Assembly (NCBI GenBank): GCA_963799775.1
Contig: CAWCYD010000002.1
Coordinates: forward strand, 64,001 to 128,000
Length of the DNA stretch: 64,000 nucleotides
Source: an uncultured archaeon
Lineage (GTDB): Archaea; Thermoproteota; Nitrososphaeria; Nitrososphaerales; Gagatemarchaeaceae
Direction of reading: 5' to 3'
The notes below the pieces were generated by a model. The model had not been told where the DNA came from and ran no database searches. It saw only the letters and a program-made list of their open reading frames with translations. The translations under genes and the position numbers were made by a program. Within the stretch, counting starts at the first letter, position 1. Each line of letters begins with the position of its first letter. Of this stretch, positions 60,131-64,000 are shown one piece after another.

Positions 60131-61033
60131 CTAAGAAAGACCGTTTCTCTTTATCCAATCTATTGTGCGGCGCAGCCCGTCGTCCAGCGTAAGCTCGTAC
60201 TCGTATCTCAGGAGCTTCTTCATCTTCTCTGTGGAGGGATAGCTCACCTGGGGCTCGGCCTCCGCTGGCGACCTCGGAGGAAGCATCTGAAGCTCGGACT
60301 TGGACCCCGTGACCCTCTTGATTCTCTCAGCCAAATCCCTGATTGCGAGGGTCTCCGCCCCCCCGAAGTTGAAGGCCTGCCCGACGGCGGAGTCTTCTTG
60401 GAGGATCTTCGTGACCAGCTTCGCAAAGTTCACTGCGTGCGACGGGGCGGTAACGTCCCTGCCAGAGTTGAAGAGCCCCACGGTCTCGTTCTTGAGGAAC
60501 TTCTTGATGAAGAAAGGGACCGCCCTAGATGGGTGGTCGTACTCTCCGAAGAGCAGCCACGCCCTGGTTATCGAGATCGGCACTCCTTTCGTCTTGTGAT
60601 AGCTCATCGTCAGGTTCTCTCCTATCACCTTGGAGTAGTCGTAGGGCACCCTGGGGCTCATCGCTTGGTCCTCGTCGACCGGGTTCGCCTTTGGCGCTCC
60701 GTAGACGTTCGCAGAGCTGGCGAAGAGGAAACGTTTCACTCCTTTCTTCGAGGCGAGTTCCAGCATGTTCAGAGTCCCGAAGCAATTAACCTGGTAGCAT
60801 GAATACGGGTCCTCGATCGTCTTCTTGAGGTCGGCTATGCCGGCGAGGTGGACTATCGCCTCGAAGTCCAAGCCCTGAAGCTCATGCTTGACGAACTCGC
60901 TATCAACGACGCTCCCAACAACGTCGGCTCCAGGCGCAACGTCGACCCCAAGTGGTTCGAAGCCGTGGTTCGCCAGATAGGTGGTGACGTGCCTTCCCAC
61001 GAACCCCTGGGAGCCGGTGACGAGCACCTTCAA
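60131..61033 (-). CDS. NAD-dependent epimerase/dehydratase
   Basis: VTGSQGFVG, HLAG, ASSA.VYG, YDYSK. Confidence 0.88.
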   Translation of the reverse strand: MKVLVTGSQGFVGRHVTTYLANHGFEPLGVDVAPGADVVGSVVDSEFVKHELQGLDFEAIVHLAGIADLKKTIEDPYSCYQVNCFGTLNMLELASKKGVKRFLFASSANVYGAPKANPVDEDQAMSPRVPYDYSKVIGENLTMSYHKTKGVPISITRAWLLFGEYDHPSRAVPFFIKKFLKNETVGLFNSGRDVTAPSHAVNFAKLVTKILQEDSAVGQAFNFGGAETLAIRDLAERIKRVTGSKSELQMLPPRSPAEAEPQVSYPSTEKMKKLLRYEYELTLDDGLRRTIDWIKRNGLS

Positions 61034-61101
61034 GCTGATTCCTCGTCCCGGGTCAGCGACGCTATTTAACCTGCGGAGATGGACTGGCTCGTGTAGACCG
61101 T

Positions 61102-61500
61102 TCAGGCCTCGCCCAGGATCTCCTCATAGGACCGAACGAGTTCCTTGTCCGCGACACCGGTAACCAGCTTCTCCCTGCCGTCCGGCATCGTAATCGGGAA
61201 CGCGGTGGCGTGAAGCGGGAGGTCCAGGCTCTCAAGCCGCTCCTCGTCTTCTACCTCGTCCGCCTCCAGCACCTCCCCTTCTCCACACCTGAAGTGTGTC
61301 GCCTTGATGACGCGTCTCTCGCCGAAGCCTCCTCCCCTCCCTCCCGCTGCCGTCGACCTGTCGGGCAGCTCGAGGACGTATATCTCGTTCGGCTTGTCCA
61401 GGTGGCTTAGGTCGATCATTTCCTTCGTGACGTAGACTCGCCTTCCTTTGCTCTCCACGAGATCGATAAAGTCTGCAGCTCCAGGAGGAGTGTTGGCCAT
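61102..61500 (-). CDS. Conserved hypothetical protein
   Basis: Compact ORF with AAGG.GGG.GER motif; TATA-like element ~30 bp upstream. Confidence 0.7.
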   Translation of the reverse strand: MANTPPGAADFIDLVESKGRRVYVTKEMIDLSHLDKPNEIYVLELPDRSTAAGGRGGGFGERRVIKATHFRCGEGEVLEADEVEDEERLESLDLPLHATAFPITMPDGREKLVTGVADKELVRSYEEILGEA

Positions 61501-61561
61501 GACAGCGCACGCTTCTTCTCGACGCTTAATAATTTAGCAGATAGAAGAGACCCGGGCCATA

Positions 61562-61825
61562 CTAGCCCTCCTCCATGACGTCTTCCTCCTTCCTCACCCT
61601 TATCACGCTATAGGACCAGATGAGGCCCCTCCTCTTGTACTCCTTCGCGTCCAGCCGCCTGGCCGAGACGAAGCTCACGTGCGTCGTGTCTTCCTGGATT
61701 GCGATGCCCTCCCTGCGCATGAGGTTGGCGAAAGCCTCAAGCGCTTTGACATGGACGATGTACCTGTACTCAGTGTCGCTCTCAGTCAGCTGGTGCATTG
61801 AGAACGCCCCCGGTCTATCGTCCAT
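61562..61825 (-). CDS. Small hypothetical protein, paralogue of 35518-35757
   Basis: EYRYIVHV and RGLIWSYSVI shared with the copy at 35.6 kb. Confidence 0.65.
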   Translation of the reverse strand: MDDRPGAFSMHQLTESDTEYRYIVHVKALEAFANLMRREGIAIQEDTTHVSFVSARRLDAKEYKRRGLIWSYSVIRVRKEEDVMEEG

Positions 61826-61931
61826 GGTGTAGAATGGGAAGGAACGTTGTCATGCGTTTGCAAGACCGCTACCGAGGAGTCTTCAGGAACTAGTTCTCGA
61901 GAGGCTGCGGCTTCTCTTGTGCGCCCGGCTT

Positions 61932-62400
61932 CTACAGGAGGCCTAGCTGCATCGCCTCGTGAGTCCTGAACTTCAGGACGCTGGCATTGTCGGTGATCTC
62001 GTACATGTGGTGCAGCTTCAACCTCAGGAGCTCGTTGTGCAGGATGATTCCGATGAACAGGGACCACTTCTTGCAGTAATTGTGATAGAGCGACATGCTG
62101 TGCTCGTCCGGCCCATCGCCCGACTGCATCCTGTAGTTGTTCCCAAACCTATCAATCAGGTAGACCATCCTGAGGAAGACCTACGGACTGTATCGCTTTG
62201 AAAATCAAGAGGCTCACATCCTTGAAACAGGACGTCTCTACGATGCGCTCTGCCATCTTCTCTATCGTCTCCTCATCCACGTTCTGGAGCACCGCGTCCA
62301 TCATGTTGGGGAAGAGGGATATCATCTGAACCGCGTCCGAGTAACGGTCCCACTCCACGAACCGCTGGATGCAATGATTTGTCCGGCAAGGCAATGCCAC
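61932..62400 (-). pseudogene. N-terminally eroded copy of the RHH-domain paralogue family
   Basis: Strong similarity to 63203-63832 from IQRF.EWDRY onward; frameshift ~62185-62195; the RHH N-terminus is unrecognisable. Confidence 0.65.
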
Positions 62401-62573
62401 GTTGAACCCCGGCGGCAGACCAGATTCGTAATCGCACCCTAAAACCAATCGAGATGACTGCCACGGAGTCAAGCACGACTCGCAATCGTGCAATGAAGTG
62501 TAAAATCATGCTTCCCACCGTCATCTTTATGTAATCCGTCATCCCACAAATTAACACTGGTCGCGGTGGAGAA

Positions 62574-63158
62574 ATGGTAAAGGCAAAACCAAAGTCCGAG
62601 AAACTTGACGGCGAGTCGGTGAACAAGACTTTCCGCGTAAAGCGTCCGATCATTAGGCGCATAGAAGCGGACGCAGAGCGGGACGGGATCTCCACGAACG
62701 CTCTCGTGAACAACATCTTGGCCAGGTACGTCGATTGGGACAGGGTCGCCAACGAGATAGGATTCGTCTCCCTCGCCCCCAACATGATCCATGGTTTTCT
62801 GGAGTGCTCCACCGAGCAGCAGATGGCAAAGGCCGGGGACATCATAGCCAAGAACTCGTGCTTCAAGGATCTCAGCCTCCACTACTTCCAGAAATACGAG
62901 CCGAAGACGTTCATGAAGCTGGCGCTCCTGCTTCAAAAATACGGGAACAACTACAAGGTCCAGGGGGAGAGGAACGAGAAGGGCGGCACCGACCTGTCCT
63001 TCTACCACGACCTGGGAAAGAAGTGGTCCGCTTTCATAGGGACGCTGCTGCACGACGAGCTCAACCGGCTCGCTTTGGAGCACGAGTACGAGATCAGCGA
63101 CAACGCGGTGGTCTTCAGGTTCGCAGACCACGTGGCGGACGTCAACGGCCAGAATTAG
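62574..63158 (+). CDS. RHH (CopG-like) N-terminus plus ligand-binding-like domain
   Basis: NKTFR......R.EA.A...GIS.N.LVN.IL.RY..WD. Confidence 0.75.
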   Translation: MVKAKPKSEKLDGESVNKTFRVKRPIIRRIEADAERDGISTNALVNNILARYVDWDRVANEIGFVSLAPNMIHGFLECSTEQQMAKAGDIIAKNSCFKDLSLHYFQKYEPKTFMKLALLLQKYGNNYKVQGERNEKGGTDLSFYHDLGKKWSAFIGTLLHDELNRLALEHEYEISDNAVVFRFADHVADVNGQN

Positions 63159-63202
63159 AAGAACCGAGACGCGCGTCTAGAAGCTTCTGAGACCCATCTG
63201 CC

Positions 63203-63832
63203 TTAGTCGACCACTTGGGTCAGGCCGATCAGAGTGGCTTCCGCCCGGGGGAACTTGAGAACGATGGTGTTGTCGCTGATCTCATGTACGTGCTGGACCT
63301 TCAGCCGCAGGAGCTCGCCGTGCAAGATTATCCCGACGAAGAGAGACCATTTCTTACCATAGTTGTGATAGAGGGACATGCTCCACTCGCCATTCGCGTT
63401 GCCATTCCCCGACTGCATCCGATAGTTGTTCCCGAACCTGTCTAGCAGGGATACCATCTTCAAGAAGACGTCCGGGTCATACCGCTTGAAGATCAGGAGG
63501 CTCACGTCCTTGAAACAGGAGGTTGCGACTATCCTCTTGGCCATCTCCTCTATCTTCTCCTCGGTCGTGAACTCCAAGACTGCATCCAACATGTTCGGGA
63601 AGAACGACGCCATCTGGACAGCGTCAGCGTAGCGGTCCCATTCGATGAAGCGCTGGATGCTGTTCTGGATGAGCGAGTTGACCGAGATCCCTAGCCTGTC
63701 GGCGTCCGCCTCCAGCCTGGCGACACTGGTGGTCTTCAGTCTGAAAGTCTTGTTGACGTAGGCCTCATTGTCCCCTGCCTTACCACCATTCACCAACTTT
63801 TCAGCCCCTGTGCGCCTTGCATTTCCGTGCAT
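63203..63832 (-). CDS. RHH-domain paralogue
   Basis: NKTFRL.....RLEADA...GIS.N.L..., SCFKD, H..GKKWS.F shared with 62574-63158. Confidence 0.75.
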   Translation of the reverse strand: MHGNARRTGAEKLVNGGKAGDNEAYVNKTFRLKTTSVARLEADADRLGISVNSLIQNSIQRFIEWDRYADAVQMASFFPNMLDAVLEFTTEEKIEEMAKRIVATSCFKDVSLLIFKRYDPDVFLKMVSLLDRFGNNYRMQSGNGNANGEWSMSLYHNYGKKWSLFVGIILHGELLRLKVQHVHEISDNTIVLKFPRAEATLIGLTQVVD

Positions 63833-64000
63833 ATTCGTATATTTCAATGTTTGCTCTGCAAGGGAACGTCGTATAATTCCGGTCTTTGCCTTGCAAAGTC
63901 CTAGATATGCTGGATTTCCTTGGCGAAGCAGGAGGCCCATGCCATGCCATCAAAAAACACCATGGAAAATGTCCCGAACGTCAATTTTTCTTTGGTTTCA

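Noticed and set aside
1-64000. CRISPR arrays, tRNA/rRNA, transposases, integrases, defence genes
   Set aside because: No repeat-spacer structure, RNA-gene signature or recombinase motif found by eye.

Overview
A GC-rich (~60%) archaeal chromosomal window. Archaeal S10, a TFB, TATA/BRE promoters, HTH_45-type wHTH regulators, stand-alone receivers, a PEF-CTERM cupredoxin and several thaumarchaeal-looking hypotheticals suggest Nitrososphaerota (inference). About 20 otherwise intact genes carry single-base frameshifts, most likely uncorrected long-read errors. Content, left to right: (i) a receiver and a GvpD-like P-loop ATPase; (ii) a Pel/galactosaminogalactan-like exopolysaccharide locus (glmS, TPR-like protein, PelF-type GT4, epimerase, PelG-like membrane protein, beta-propeller surface protein, two spherulin-4/GH135 genes, ATP-grasp, WbqC, PIG-L) with an embedded TFB paralogue and wHTH regulators; (iii) a gas-vesicle operon ending in a soluble histidine kinase; (iv) tdh/kbl and assorted small genes; (v) a ~28 kb bacterial-type alpha-glucan/trehalose/pentose-phosphate region (zwf, glgP, treS-mak, glgX, treY, glgE, glgB, treZ, deleted GH57, pgi, gnd, NDP-sugar pyrophosphorylase-DUF5752, glgA, DUF5752, ppk2); (vi) rps10 and a triplet of RHH-type paralogues. 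The most striking unannotated signal is a 15-bp imperfect palindrome (approx. TAGAAS-AWT-STTCTA). It usually sits 5-8 bp upstream of TATA boxes, often in 13-bp-phased tandem arrays, at promoters of the EPS, gas-vesicle, trehalose/glycogen and regulator genes: a candidate archaeal stress/lifestyle regulon. No rRNA, tRNA, CRISPR or transposase was seen.
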